A DNA stretch of 56,597 nt. Source: a virus. Lineage: Duplodnaviria > Caudoviricetes. This document shows, piece by piece, positions 18,201 to 26,808 of this stretch (positions are counted from its first letter, which is position 1; every line of letters starts with the position of its first letter). The translations under genes were made by a program, and so were the position numbers. Where the stretch lies: positions 1 through 56,597 of the IMG/VR virus record IMGVR_UViG_3300030419_006978. One strand, given 5' to 3'. The notes under the pieces were generated by a model. That model was not told the DNA's origin and searched no databases. It saw nothing but the letters and a program-made list of their open reading frames with translations.

Positions 18201-18666
18201 CAGATTTAAAACTGTTAGAAACCAGCTTAAACAAGTTGTTTAAGCCAGTCTGATTCTGCGCTAGAAGAATCAAGTGGCGTCGACGATTCAATATGTTTCT
18301 AATTGCCTTTTTCGATGCCGCCTCGTCTTCAATGGTAGTGCCCGACTGCGCAGACTTGGCTGATTTCTTCTCCTTTACCTTCTCATACTCCTCGCGCCAT
18401 TCCGCGATTGAAGGGGTAAAGTATGCCTCAACTCCGTAGATGGGTTTAAACTCTTTGCCGTCTGCATGCATCTTCTTGGCATGTAAGACTTGATAGGCAA
18501 GACCGTTCATGTTGCCATGATCGGTTAGGGCAAGGGCATCCATGCCGTTCTCATAAGCATAATCCATATGCTCTTGCGGGTAACCAATAGCGTCGAAGAC
18601 GCTTCCCGCTACGCTGTGTGCGTGTAATCCCACGAATGGAATCTTTGGTTTCTCTCTATCAGTCAC
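15220..18666 (-). CDS. dnaE: DNA polymerase III alpha subunit (family C, DnaE type) with PHP domain
   Basis: LHAHS, TDHG, GRGSGAGSLVAY, FERFL, PDIDYD, KFDVLGL, YRPGP, FQEQ, YGFNKSH. Confidence 0.97.
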   Translation of the reverse strand: MTDREKPKIPFVGLHAHSVAGSVFDAIGYPQEHMDYAYENGMDALALTDHGNMNGLAYQVLHAKKMHADGKEFKPIYGVEAYFTPSIAEWREEYEKVKEKKSAKSAQSGTTIEDEAASKKAIRNILNRRRHLILLAQNQTGLNNLFKLVSNSFKSENFYRYPRVDYAMLKEYGEGIIAASACLGGVYAGDYWAGLEYDEEGNRTGVNEEKVLEAMRETTRKMLDVFGDRWYGELQWNAAPEQHDLNKYIIQMHEEFGIELIVTADSHYPRPEAWKDRELYKRLGFMMGTFKPDYVSDTLPDSIDELGMELYPKNGDQMWESYKRFSAGAGVEYDDDLVLDAIKRTHQIACERIETFIPDNEVRLPDFVVPEGTTADDALVALCEQGKSRLGLFSEEYEERLKTELEVISERGFSKYFLTMAAIADKANERQLTGPGRGSGAGSLVAYLLGVTQIDPVRWGLLFERFLRRDATDYPDIDYDVSDPMSLKEGLVEEWGDDSVVPISNWNTLQLRSLIKDISKFYGIPFTEVNQVTGKMLYEATGPAKAKHGIKSGVYVPTFEETMEFSASLQNFLQKYPHVKIHVEALHGQTRSASRHAGGIVVGENLDRWMPLINSKGVRQTPWSEGQNVRHLEPMGFIKFDVLGLASLRMIDGCIRHILKREHGVTEPTFDDVKKYYSEKLHPDVIDFDDQGVWKNIFHKGKWAGVFQLTEGGAQDFCKRVKPTSLTELAAITSIYRPGPLGAGVDKRFIEAKRDPANIKYVNDIVREVTEETYGFLIFQEQIAILAHRLGKDITLDEGNLLRKLLTKKGTGKGHEAKDDIRRRFIDGCLEKGISKYNAEDLWQNFEYFGGYGFNKSHAVSYSVISYQCAWLLNNYPAEWMAAFLDKEPETRKENAIHTAKKFGFDIEPLNINTSGTVWEISEDGQTLIQPLTSIKGLGDAAIAQVLSNRPFETIEDFIFNEDIVYSKLNKKALDALIRAQALNTLMDDRFNNLKHFWASVAVERPKNTKKFGENIEFFAGEAEFTQEEKIQYLVDLTGVFPIGLVVTDNVRKKLEENYIPPLGEYDPELLVSWFIPRKVTKRKTKNGSNYLIVEAIDSTSTVTKIKCWGVKSGDTVHVNRPYMARLDYDEQWGFSTRSIRHNFRLLG

Positions 18667-19528
18667 TATTTTCTCCTATGGGGTTAAGTTCGTGGTAACT
18701 CAATATTAACTTTCCAGGGTGCTTAAGCTCTTGCTCTGAACCCAAAAAACTACAGTAGCTTTCCCATGAATCAATATTATGGTACCACGGAAGGTTTACT
18801 ACAGTTGATTCCTCTATTTTAGCAGAAGCAAACACTGTGTCAAGTGTAAAATGTCGCGCAGACCATCTTTCTTTAAGGGGCAACACCTCCTTGTCAAGAT
18901 AGGTGGAGCCGGGTGCAAATTTTCCCGTGCCGCTGCGTATAACACGCCGATATCGGATAAAGTCTTCAACACCAAAAGTAAATCCCATGTACTCTCCGTC
19001 GCGAATCGTCTTTCCGTGGTGGGAAAGAAAGAACTCTCCCCTTCTTATGTCGGCTCTGTGTGCTCTTAAAAATTCTGGATCGTATACACCATATGGAAAT
19101 GCCACATAATAGTGCTTTGGGATGACCCACCGGCTTATTGTTGCATTGACTCGAAATGCTTGGAGGGCGCCGTATATCACGCTCCACGCCAAGCAATCGC
19201 GTCGGTCTCGATCCTTTGGGTGAACTGGAACATAGAATATAGGAATTTGTTTTCTCTCGTCCGAGGGGAACTTACTCATTCTTCCAATCCACACTGGGTC
19301 TTCAACCCAATCACCAATTCTGTACCTGACCAGTGGGGCAATATCATCGTTACAAATAATCCAAATCGTTTGGCACCCCGCATATGCACACTCAACTACG
19401 GCGCGTTCGACTGCGGTGTAGTTTTGTGCCACGGGCATTAAGCAGTCGTGCCACTCAAATTGAAAATTATTAGGCTGTCCAGCTACTGGTACTATCCCCG
19501 CAATATGGTTAGTCTTCTCGCTCTCCAT
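18659..19528 (-). CDS. Divergent sugar-nucleotidyltransferase-like protein
   Basis: AGIVPVAG...CLMPV...AVVECAYAGCQTIWII and terminal WYHNIDSWESY follow the NTP_transferase fold pattern. Confidence 0.6.
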   Translation of the reverse strand: MESEKTNHIAGIVPVAGQPNNFQFEWHDCLMPVAQNYTAVERAVVECAYAGCQTIWIICNDDIAPLVRYRIGDWVEDPVWIGRMSKFPSDERKQIPIFYVPVHPKDRDRRDCLAWSVIYGALQAFRVNATISRWVIPKHYYVAFPYGVYDPEFLRAHRADIRRGEFFLSHHGKTIRDGEYMGFTFGVEDFIRYRRVIRSGTGKFAPGSTYLDKEVLPLKERWSARHFTLDTVFASAKIEESTVVNLPWYHNIDSWESYCSFLGSEQELKHPGKLILSYHELNPIGENSD

Positions 19529-20420
19529 TGATTATTTCTTTTAATCTAGATAAATATGTTTCAACTCTAGCCTGTTCTGTTTCTTCAATTATTTCTTCTG
19601 CAGTTTTTTTAATAAACTTAATTGATTCTGTGTCTTCATAGTGGTTCTGCCCGTCTCTCCTGACCTCCCGTCGGGATGGCTCAAGCTTTACGTCAACAAA
19701 CTTTTGGTCACCTTTGTAGTCGAACCCATTTTTCTTCCCTTTTATACCCGAAACTTTCATCATCTCTTTAACTTTAAACCTAACATAAGTGTCAGAATAT
19801 CTATAATCCTTCAAGTCTTCCTCGCTCATATTCGAAACTGCCACAAGATCCTTCCTGTCATGGTTCCCATCAACTCTATCCGACGGATAAAAATGTATAT
19901 ATTTAACGAAGTCTGAAGAAGACTCTATCCTGTCGTAGTCGTGCACCATTCCAGAACGTACATTGATCCAGTCATACACACTAACCCTGTCGTGAATCTT
20001 TACAGCTTCCGATAGCCCCTCTACACCTTCCGGATCAAAGATCAAGAGTTTTTTGAAGTTAATCCTAAGAACACGGGATGAACTAGAAGTAACCACAACC
20101 TGTTCCCCCTGGATCCGGATCGACTCCGTCCTGTCTGCTAAGGAACACAAGCCTCCAAGAGAGAGCATATAGACAACGTACCGCCACGCATCAAACTCTG
20201 AAAGACCGACCTCGTGTTCCCCGGTCGGCGTCTTGAGAGTAGAGGGAATGTTATTAAGCCCCACCTTGCTGAGTGCTACTTTGGGACTGAGGTATTCATG
20301 CTCAAAAGGGCTCTTGCTCCTGTTGATTATCAGCGGCACACTGCTTATATACGAGTAGGCAGCGGCGTTTAAGCCGCTGCCAATTGCCACCTCGTCCAGA
20401 GTATAAGTAACGTCTCTCAA
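19509..20420 (-). CDS. Hypothetical protein with N-terminal Rossmann dinucleotide-binding motif
   Basis: VAIGSGLNA (GxGxxA). Confidence 0.55.
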   Translation of the reverse strand: MRDVTYTLDEVAIGSGLNAAAYSYISSVPLIINRSKSPFEHEYLSPKVALSKVGLNNIPSTLKTPTGEHEVGLSEFDAWRYVVYMLSLGGLCSLADRTESIRIQGEQVVVTSSSSRVLRINFKKLLIFDPEGVEGLSEAVKIHDRVSVYDWINVRSGMVHDYDRIESSSDFVKYIHFYPSDRVDGNHDRKDLVAVSNMSEEDLKDYRYSDTYVRFKVKEMMKVSGIKGKKNGFDYKGDQKFVDVKLEPSRREVRRDGQNHYEDTESIKFIKKTAEEIIEETEQARVETYLSRLKEIINGERED

Positions 20421-20695
20421 GTGAAGGTGCCAATCACATGATTCTCCAACACTACGTGGTACGTCACGCCCTGAATCTCTATCTCTTCGATCATACTTGA
20501 GTTAACCACAACAAGCCTTATATCTCCAGTGCGGAAGATGCTAGCGCAGTCAGGAGACTGCCGCAACAACTTAGCAACGGTAAACCTTGGCAGCAGGGGT
20601 CTGTAGTCCTCTGGCAAGAGAAATGGCTTTTCCTCCTCCTCTATTGGTACCGGCTCAATTAAAAGGTGCCGGTTTCTTGGTTGGAAAAGGGACAT
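20417..20695 (-). CDS. groES: Co-chaperonin GroES homolog
   Basis: FQPRNRHLLIEP, mobile-loop-like FLLP, EIEIQGVTYHVVLENHVIG; 92 aa. Confidence 0.8.
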   Translation of the reverse strand: MSLFQPRNRHLLIEPVPIEEEEKPFLLPEDYRPLLPRFTVAKLLRQSPDCASIFRTGDIRLVVVNSSMIEEIEIQGVTYHVVLENHVIGTFT

Positions 20696-20952
20696 TACTT
20701 TCCAACCGTTGACGAAACTCGCTCATAATAATCCAAGAGCTGTTCGATGTCGGTATCAGTCTTAATCAGTCGATAGGCTCTGACAGCCATGCTGATTTCT
20801 TCCTTCTCCAGCCATCCATTCTCCACGTAATTTGACTTAAGAGCCCGCTTCTGTTCCTTGTAAGGCTCCATAGCCTCTTCAATTGCAGCCAGCGACTTAA
20901 TATAGTCAGTAATCCGCTTTTCCTTTTCCTGGACAATGTCGGTATCAGTCAT
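20695..20952 (-). CDS. GapR/DUF2312-like (T4 DsbA-like) dsDNA-binding protein
   Basis: Three-helix pattern YIKSLAAIEE...KRALKSNYVENG...EISMAVR; strong GGAGG RBS. Confidence 0.6.
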   Translation of the reverse strand: MTDTDIVQEKEKRITDYIKSLAAIEEAMEPYKEQKRALKSNYVENGWLEKEEISMAVRAYRLIKTDTDIEQLLDYYERVSSTVGK

Positions 20953-20964
20953 TATTCCTCCTTT

Positions 20965-21174
20965 TTAAATTAAATTTCTCTCATGAGTGATATATTGTTC
21001 TTGAGTTAAAAACTCACTAGCCCTATGCTTACACCTAGTACAATAAAACTCCACAAAAACATGCCCGCCAAGTTTTGCTTCCACTCGACCGGTCGAATTC
21101 CATACGTGTCGCTTTTTTGTGCCAATGCACGTTCCCCGAGCTAAAGCCTCGGGTAACAAGTGATTAAGTTTCAT
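20965..21174 (-). CDS. Small zinc-ribbon protein
   Basis: C...HVW...YCTRC. Confidence 0.65.
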   Translation of the reverse strand: MKLNHLLPEALARGTCIGTKKRHVWNSTGRVEAKLGGHVFVEFYCTRCKHRASEFLTQEQYITHERNLI

Positions 21175-21180
21175 GTCTCT

Positions 21181-21208
21181 ATTATAACTAATTTCCTGGG
21201 AATGTCAA
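21181..21208 (-). promoter_or_regulatory. sigma70-type promoter, leaderless geometry
   Basis: TTGACA-N16-TATAAT; ATG begins 7 nt after the -10 box. Confidence 0.8.
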
Positions 21209-23622
21209 CCACATTTTGAAAATCCGCACGATTTACAGGTAACGCAGCCCTCTACGTAAATCAACCCCTCAGTGTTGCACTCAGTACAGGTTTTCTCCGT
21301 AGCCTCCGTGCCATCCTTTATATAGTTCTTAAGAACCCTAGCCACACATCGTGCGAAGCTAAACATATCGCTATCGCGATCCTTCTGTAGTTGCTCGACA
21401 ACGTACTGAATGTTCGCTCCGTGCCGAAGCCCCAAAGATATTACCCTGGTGAATGCAGAGTGGTTTGGATTGTCGAAAACCTTAACCAAGTCTTTAACAG
21501 CAAAGCTGTCACCATTCTTGCCAATTCTTAAATCATAAATCGAATTCATTGTCTTTCGTGGGTGCTTAACTAAGATTCCTTCTTCGTACTTCTTGGGTAT
21601 CTCTATAAGGTTAGATAGCCCACCCATAACCTCGTATGGGCGACCACCAAGGAGTCCCACCAAGATTATCCATCTTTCACCCTGAATGGTGGTGTGATGA
21701 ATCTTGCACGGAAGTTCAATGGGTCGCTTCGGCGCCGGGTGGTCACTAAAGTCTTCCTTCTCTTCTTTCTTCGACACAAGCACCCCAGAGCGGGAGCCCT
21801 CCACGTATACCGTGATCCCCTTGAGTCCCAACTTCCAGCCTAGCTGATAAAGTTCTCCAACCACTTCTGGCTCTGTGTTCTCGGGCAAATTAATTGTTGA
21901 ACTAATTGAATGGTCAATGCTCTTTTGAATCGCAGCCTGAATCGCAACTCTTTGCTTCCAGTCAATGTCATTTGACTCAACAAAAAAATCTGGTATTTTC
22001 TCAGTGCTAAACATTTCGAGGTATTCTCGCAAGTTGTGATCGAATACTTTGTACTCCATCCACTTATCCCCAAGATCATCTACGTGGTCTGCTTCAATGT
22101 TCTGCTCATCGTGAGATAATTTTCGACGGCGGATATACCAATTTCGAAATACTGGCTCAAGACCCGAACTGGTCTGAGACATGATAGAAACTGACCCAGT
22201 GGGGGCATTCGTAAGTATAGAAATATTCCTGCGACCGTGGGTAGATATAGCCTCCTGCAGTTCCACGGGGAGTCTCTTTATGTAGGCATTATCTTTCTCC
22301 TTGTCCCAGTCGAAAACAGGGAAGGCGCCGCGCTCCTGTGCCAAATAGACACTCTCTTCGTATGCCGCATTTCTGATCGTTTCATATATCTTTTCAATAA
22401 CTTCGATTGCCTCATTAGAATCGTAGCGAAGGCTAAGTCGTGCGATGGCATCTGCTAGCCCATGTGTTCCAAGCCCAGTTCTGCGACCGTTCTCACATGC
22501 CGTCTCCAGTTTATGCCACAATTCCTTTTCACTCGGAGTGTCACATGCATCTATTATAGATTTAAGTTTTTCCAGCTCCAACTCAACAAGATCATCGGAC
22601 AGCCTCATCGCCACAGCGGTCATGCGCTTAAGTTCAACAAAATCAAATTCCGCATTTTTTTGAAAAGGGTTCTTGACAATATTCTTTAAATTCATCGAAA
22701 TCAAGCGACAACTATCATGGGCGGATAGCGGGATTTCCCCACAAGGATTCGTCGTAAGTGTCCTGAACCCACTCTCACTATAAGCCTCGGCGGGCAAATT
22801 ATTAATAATGTTGTCCCACATCAAAATCCCCGGCTCAGCAGTCTTTGTAGCAGAGTCAACGATCAGCCCCCACAATGATTCGGCGTCAACCTCTCTTGTA
22901 AAAGTCGGCTCTTCAGCGTTGACCGGAAACTGTAGAGTAAACATCTCTTTGCTTTCAACAGCCCTCATGAAGTCATCGCTTATTTTTACCGAAACATTCG
23001 CGCCGGTAACCTTCGTAAGGTCCTGTTTCATTGTAACAAACTTCTCGATATCCGGGTGTCGAACGTCAATTGAGATCATCAACGCACCGCGACGACCATT
23101 CTGACCGATCATGCGACAAACAAAAGAATAGAAATCGGCAAAGGACCACGCACCAGTAGTAGTTCTGGCAGAATTGTTTACTGGTGCGTTTTCTGGTCGC
23201 AAATTAGATATGTCAACGCCAACACCGCAACGACGCTTAAATAGGTTAGCAAGATGCTTTCCTGCGTCCATGATAGAAGAGATATTATCGTCGGGTGACT
23301 CAACCACCACACAATTTGATAAGGATACGTTAACATGATTATTTCCTATTCCCATCATCGGGGAACCTTGAGGGACAATATATTTAAAGCCCTTTAGGCA
23401 CTCATAAATGTCATCTTCTGACAGTTCATTTTTGCTATTATACTGACTCTCTACTCTGGCAAACTCTTTTGCCAATCGTCGGTGCATGTCGTCGGGAGTA
23501 CGTTCCAAAAAAGCCCCAGTCTGATCTCTCAGGCAATACTTCGTGATAAAGACATTTGTTGCCAACTCATCACCATTAAAATATTTTAGAGTCTCTTCTC
23601 GGACTTCTTCCTCGCTGTACAT
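21205..23622 (-). CDS. nrdJ: Adenosylcobalamin-dependent (class II) ribonucleotide reductase
   Basis: SLSNC, RRGALM, ANVSV, AEPG, TNPCGEIPL, APTG, KGITVY; C-terminal Cys4 zinc ribbon; no beta-subunit gene nearby. Confidence 0.93.
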   Translation of the reverse strand: MYSEEEVREETLKYFNGDELATNVFITKYCLRDQTGAFLERTPDDMHRRLAKEFARVESQYNSKNELSEDDIYECLKGFKYIVPQGSPMMGIGNNHVNVSLSNCVVVESPDDNISSIMDAGKHLANLFKRRCGVGVDISNLRPENAPVNNSARTTTGAWSFADFYSFVCRMIGQNGRRGALMISIDVRHPDIEKFVTMKQDLTKVTGANVSVKISDDFMRAVESKEMFTLQFPVNAEEPTFTREVDAESLWGLIVDSATKTAEPGILMWDNIINNLPAEAYSESGFRTLTTNPCGEIPLSAHDSCRLISMNLKNIVKNPFQKNAEFDFVELKRMTAVAMRLSDDLVELELEKLKSIIDACDTPSEKELWHKLETACENGRRTGLGTHGLADAIARLSLRYDSNEAIEVIEKIYETIRNAAYEESVYLAQERGAFPVFDWDKEKDNAYIKRLPVELQEAISTHGRRNISILTNAPTGSVSIMSQTSSGLEPVFRNWYIRRRKLSHDEQNIEADHVDDLGDKWMEYKVFDHNLREYLEMFSTEKIPDFFVESNDIDWKQRVAIQAAIQKSIDHSISSTINLPENTEPEVVGELYQLGWKLGLKGITVYVEGSRSGVLVSKKEEKEDFSDHPAPKRPIELPCKIHHTTIQGERWIILVGLLGGRPYEVMGGLSNLIEIPKKYEEGILVKHPRKTMNSIYDLRIGKNGDSFAVKDLVKVFDNPNHSAFTRVISLGLRHGANIQYVVEQLQKDRDSDMFSFARCVARVLKNYIKDGTEATEKTCTECNTEGLIYVEGCVTCKSCGFSKCG

Positions 23623-23624
23623 GG

Positions 23625-25010
23625 CTACCTCCCGCTTTTTTCCTTTTTATAATCTCTGTACTTTTTGCGCATTGACTCGGCTTGTTCCTTAATTGAATTA
23701 GCCATAACCTCAGATGGAGTCTCGCCGGTATGCTCTAAAACCTCAATTGAAACATTGCTGGTGTCCATAAATATTGGATAAACAAGACCATCTGGACCGT
23801 TTCTGTTCTTTGCTATAAAAACCCTGCCTGTATTGGCACTCTTGTCCTCGACGGTTCTAGAAACTGAGAATATGAAGTCTGCGACGAAGCACTTGTTAAA
23901 AGCCTCCGATATAGACTCCATTGTGACCACCTCTGCGTTTAAGCCGGAACGATTTGTCTGAGAAGCTGTCCACAGTGGGCAATTTTGTTCCTGGGCGATA
24001 GCTCGGAGGTCTTCGTAGATCGACTCTAGATCGTGCCTCTTCTCTTTGGTTGCCGACACGGGCTTAAGAAGATCGCCATAGTCAACAATAACCATGTCGA
24101 TGTCGTGACCGCGTTGCCTAAGCTTTTCTAGGTGTGATTTGATTGTTCTAGTGGATGCAGACTTAGTTGGGTATTCTTTTACTATAAGTGCTCCCTTAAG
24201 CTCCTTGACAGATTCATATATTTGCTCCTTCATGTGCACCAAATCGCCCAGGTCGATACCAGTGAGGCAACTATCATAGCGTGAGGCAATACACGTATCT
24301 GACAACTCTAGAGTGTAGTGGACCACGGTCTTTCCCAACTTCAAAGCCTCTGCCCCCAGATGGGTGAGGACCATTGATTTCCCGGCACCAGTTGGGGCGA
24401 TAACAACCCCAAGCTCGCCGCTGCCAAGCCCATTGCGACACAAAAGATCGATCTGGTCCCACCCGGTAGTGATCGGGTTTCTGGCTTTAATGTGAAATCT
24501 TTCTTCGAAGTCTTTAATGTAATCGTAACCATAGTCGCTGTCGCCGCCCAAGACGAGCGCCTCATTAATTACTTGCGCAACCTCGTCAAAGGAAGATTTT
24601 TGCAAAAGTTTAACTGATTTTATGATCGCCTCTTTCAATTTCTGCTTCTTGCAAAAATCGAGGGCAATTTCTTTTACGTATTCTGAGTCTTCAATTGGGG
24701 CTGCGCCCGAGCTAATGCGAGCAAAATAATCTCGAACTGACTTTTTTGTAGTTTCGGGCTCTGCTCCAAGCTCAGTGCGAATTATCGTGCCTACCGTGCG
24801 ATAGGAGGGGTGCATTCCGTACTTATTGCGATAATTAAATATTTTTTCAATGATAACTTGAAGGTGTCTAAGTTCTAGAAAATTAACATCGAGAACCTCT
24901 TGCATCTGGTCGCAAAAGCTTCTTTCCTCTAAGATTATTTGAACCAAATTCTCTTGGAAATACTTTCCAAAACGCGAGAAGGTATCTTTTTCTTTTAGGT
25001 TCACCGGCAC
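23625..25010 (-). CDS. dnaB: Replicative helicase, DnaB/gp41-like
   Basis: APTGAGKS, YTLE, VIVDY, TASQTNR, KNRNG. Confidence 0.93.
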   Translation of the reverse strand: MPVNLKEKDTFSRFGKYFQENLVQIILEERSFCDQMQEVLDVNFLELRHLQVIIEKIFNYRNKYGMHPSYRTVGTIIRTELGAEPETTKKSVRDYFARISSGAAPIEDSEYVKEIALDFCKKQKLKEAIIKSVKLLQKSSFDEVAQVINEALVLGGDSDYGYDYIKDFEERFHIKARNPITTGWDQIDLLCRNGLGSGELGVVIAPTGAGKSMVLTHLGAEALKLGKTVVHYTLELSDTCIASRYDSCLTGIDLGDLVHMKEQIYESVKELKGALIVKEYPTKSASTRTIKSHLEKLRQRGHDIDMVIVDYGDLLKPVSATKEKRHDLESIYEDLRAIAQEQNCPLWTASQTNRSGLNAEVVTMESISEAFNKCFVADFIFSVSRTVEDKSANTGRVFIAKNRNGPDGLVYPIFMDTSNVSIEVLEHTGETPSEVMANSIKEQAESMRKKYRDYKKEKSGR

Positions 25011-25034
25011 CCCTTATTTAGGTTAGAGAATACA

Positions 25035-25820
25035 TTATTCGGGCGAAAATGTCAAGGACATTTTCTTGTCGTAAGCTTGATGTTTGAGATCACTCAGCTT
25101 ACCGAGATAATCCGTGCGGCGCAAAACTTTAAATGCAAGATTTTCGACGGAAAAAGCGCCCCCAGTCTCTAGACCAGTTTTCCGCATCTTTCTAATTTTA
25201 GCCTTAAGCCTATCAGTGGTCTTAATAGCCTCATCATATTTTTCTTCATCAAAAAGTTCTTCGATTCTGTCAACCTCGTCCATCAAGCCTGCAGACTTAA
25301 GCTGGACGTTGTATTCATCGAAATCTTCTACATATCTGCTTGGTCTAATGAGCCAAGCGTCATTCATGACTGAGTATTGCCCAGTCGAGTGGTGAGGTTC
25401 TTGATCATCCTGAACATAAATCTCCACTTCGTACCCAAATACCTCTATCTGGTGCATCCTGTTCCAGAGAGCCCTCTTCGCATCAAAGAAGTCTTTTACC
25501 AGACTTTGATCCTCGTTTATGTCCGCAAAGTTGAGTAGAATATGTAAATCTACGTCAGAATATTCAGACCAGTTAAAATTCGCCAAGGAACCAGTGAAGA
25601 TAACATCCATTATCTCCACATCTTCTAGCTCAAGTTCATAAAAGAAGTCTTCTACGATTTCCATGAGCCTCTTTTGAATTTCCGGAAGCAGCCGGTCGCC
25701 AGACCAAACCATCTGATTTAACTCGTCTTTTACTTCAAAGCTAGACAAGTCTATAGATTCGGGCGAAACGTCCTCCGTGACATGACGATGCCATGCCTCA
25801 TATAGCTGCTTCATTGCCAC
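25035..25820 (-). CDS. Pol-beta superfamily nucleotidyltransferase
   Basis: TGSLANFNWSEYSDVDLH (GS...DxD) plus VEIYVQ as the third acidic site. Confidence 0.8.
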   Translation of the reverse strand: MAMKQLYEAWHRHVTEDVSPESIDLSSFEVKDELNQMVWSGDRLLPEIQKRLMEIVEDFFYELELEDVEIMDVIFTGSLANFNWSEYSDVDLHILLNFADINEDQSLVKDFFDAKRALWNRMHQIEVFGYEVEIYVQDDQEPHHSTGQYSVMNDAWLIRPSRYVEDFDEYNVQLKSAGLMDEVDRIEELFDEEKYDEAIKTTDRLKAKIRKMRKTGLETGGAFSVENLAFKVLRRTDYLGKLSDLKHQAYDKKMSLTFSPE

Positions 25821-25821
25821 T

Positions 25822-26151
25822 TTATTCTCTTGCTGCCGCTTTCATCCTCGTCATGAGTTCGTTCGCGAATTCATCGTGGGGGATGCCAATTTGCTTCAAG
25901 ATCCAAAGACCAATGTCGACCTTTATAGGGGTGCTCTGGCGCTGGGTGATCACAGCTGCCTTCTGAAGTGCCACTTGCGTACTTTTAGGTGATAACAACC
26001 TTTGTATAGCTGGAAGAATATTTTCTTCTTCTTGCGGTGCTTCCTCTTGAGTCCGACCTTTTTCATCCATCACCGGGATACCGTTGGATTCCTTCAAGGA
26101 CCTCACTTCCTCTTTGACAATCTCTTTCAATTTTTCTCTCGTTAGTTTCAT
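25822..26151 (-). CDS. Hypothetical protein with MKLTREKLKEIVKEE leader
   Basis: GGAG RBS; helical. Confidence 0.75.
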   Translation of the reverse strand: MKLTREKLKEIVKEEVRSLKESNGIPVMDEKGRTQEEAPQEEENILPAIQRLLSPKSTQVALQKAAVITQRQSTPIKVDIGLWILKQIGIPHDEFANELMTRMKAAARE

Positions 26152-26162
26152 TCTTTCTCCCT

Positions 26163-26795
26163 CTACGCGTTGGGGTTGCCAAGCATAATTTTTAATTCAC
26201 CTTCGTGACCTTCGATAGTTCTGGTATACCAGCCGCTATATTGTCCACACTCTTCACAGTGTATCGGTCCTTCTGAACCGAGCCACTCTATTGGCTTTTT
26301 GGGACCAAGTACTTTTTGCACAACCTCTGGGTCGGTAACATACGGTACTCCATACCTCGTAATCATGATATGTGCAATTGCTTTCGACATTTCTGCATAA
26401 TATCCCGGCTCATATAGCATATCAGCTGTTTTCTGAAGGTATGCAGTCTTGGCTGCTCTAGAGCCGTCATGTCCAGATCCGGTCAGTTTAACGCCGTGCG
26501 GTTTAGTCTTGCCAAAGCGTACTACATCGAGGTCCGGATCGTTGTCTAGATCGACCCCTGTCCAAACATTGTTGTCTCCCGGTACGTCTTCTGCGCTTTG
26601 AAAATCAAAATGACCGCCGATATCCGCATATGAGTTATCAATCAGCTTGAATATTTCATCTGTTAGGTCGATATTTTCTGGATCGTGCTTGAGGTCGTCG
26701 ACCGGAATATCGGTCCAATCTCCCTTTGCTGCTTCATAATCTGCGAAGACCTTTTCATCCAAATGCTTGCGCCAACTTTCGAATAGCCTTTTCAT
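26163..26795 (-). CDS. Hypothetical protein with MKRLFESWRKHLDE leader (possible GNAT-like fold)
   Basis: ORF track; late motif 5 nt upstream. The fold guess from LIDNSYADIGG is weak. Confidence 0.7.
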   Translation of the reverse strand: MKRLFESWRKHLDEKVFADYEAAKGDWTDIPVDDLKHDPENIDLTDEIFKLIDNSYADIGGHFDFQSAEDVPGDNNVWTGVDLDNDPDLDVVRFGKTKPHGVKLTGSGHDGSRAAKTAYLQKTADMLYEPGYYAEMSKAIAHIMITRYGVPYVTDPEVVQKVLGPKKPIEWLGSEGPIHCEECGQYSGWYTRTIEGHEGELKIMLGNPNA

Positions 26796-26800
26796 ATCTA

Positions 26801-26808
26801 TAATTAGT
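26801..26808 (-). promoter_or_regulatory. Putative late promoter ACTAATTA
   Basis: Overlaps the exonuclease stop; 5 nt before the next ATG. Confidence 0.6.
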
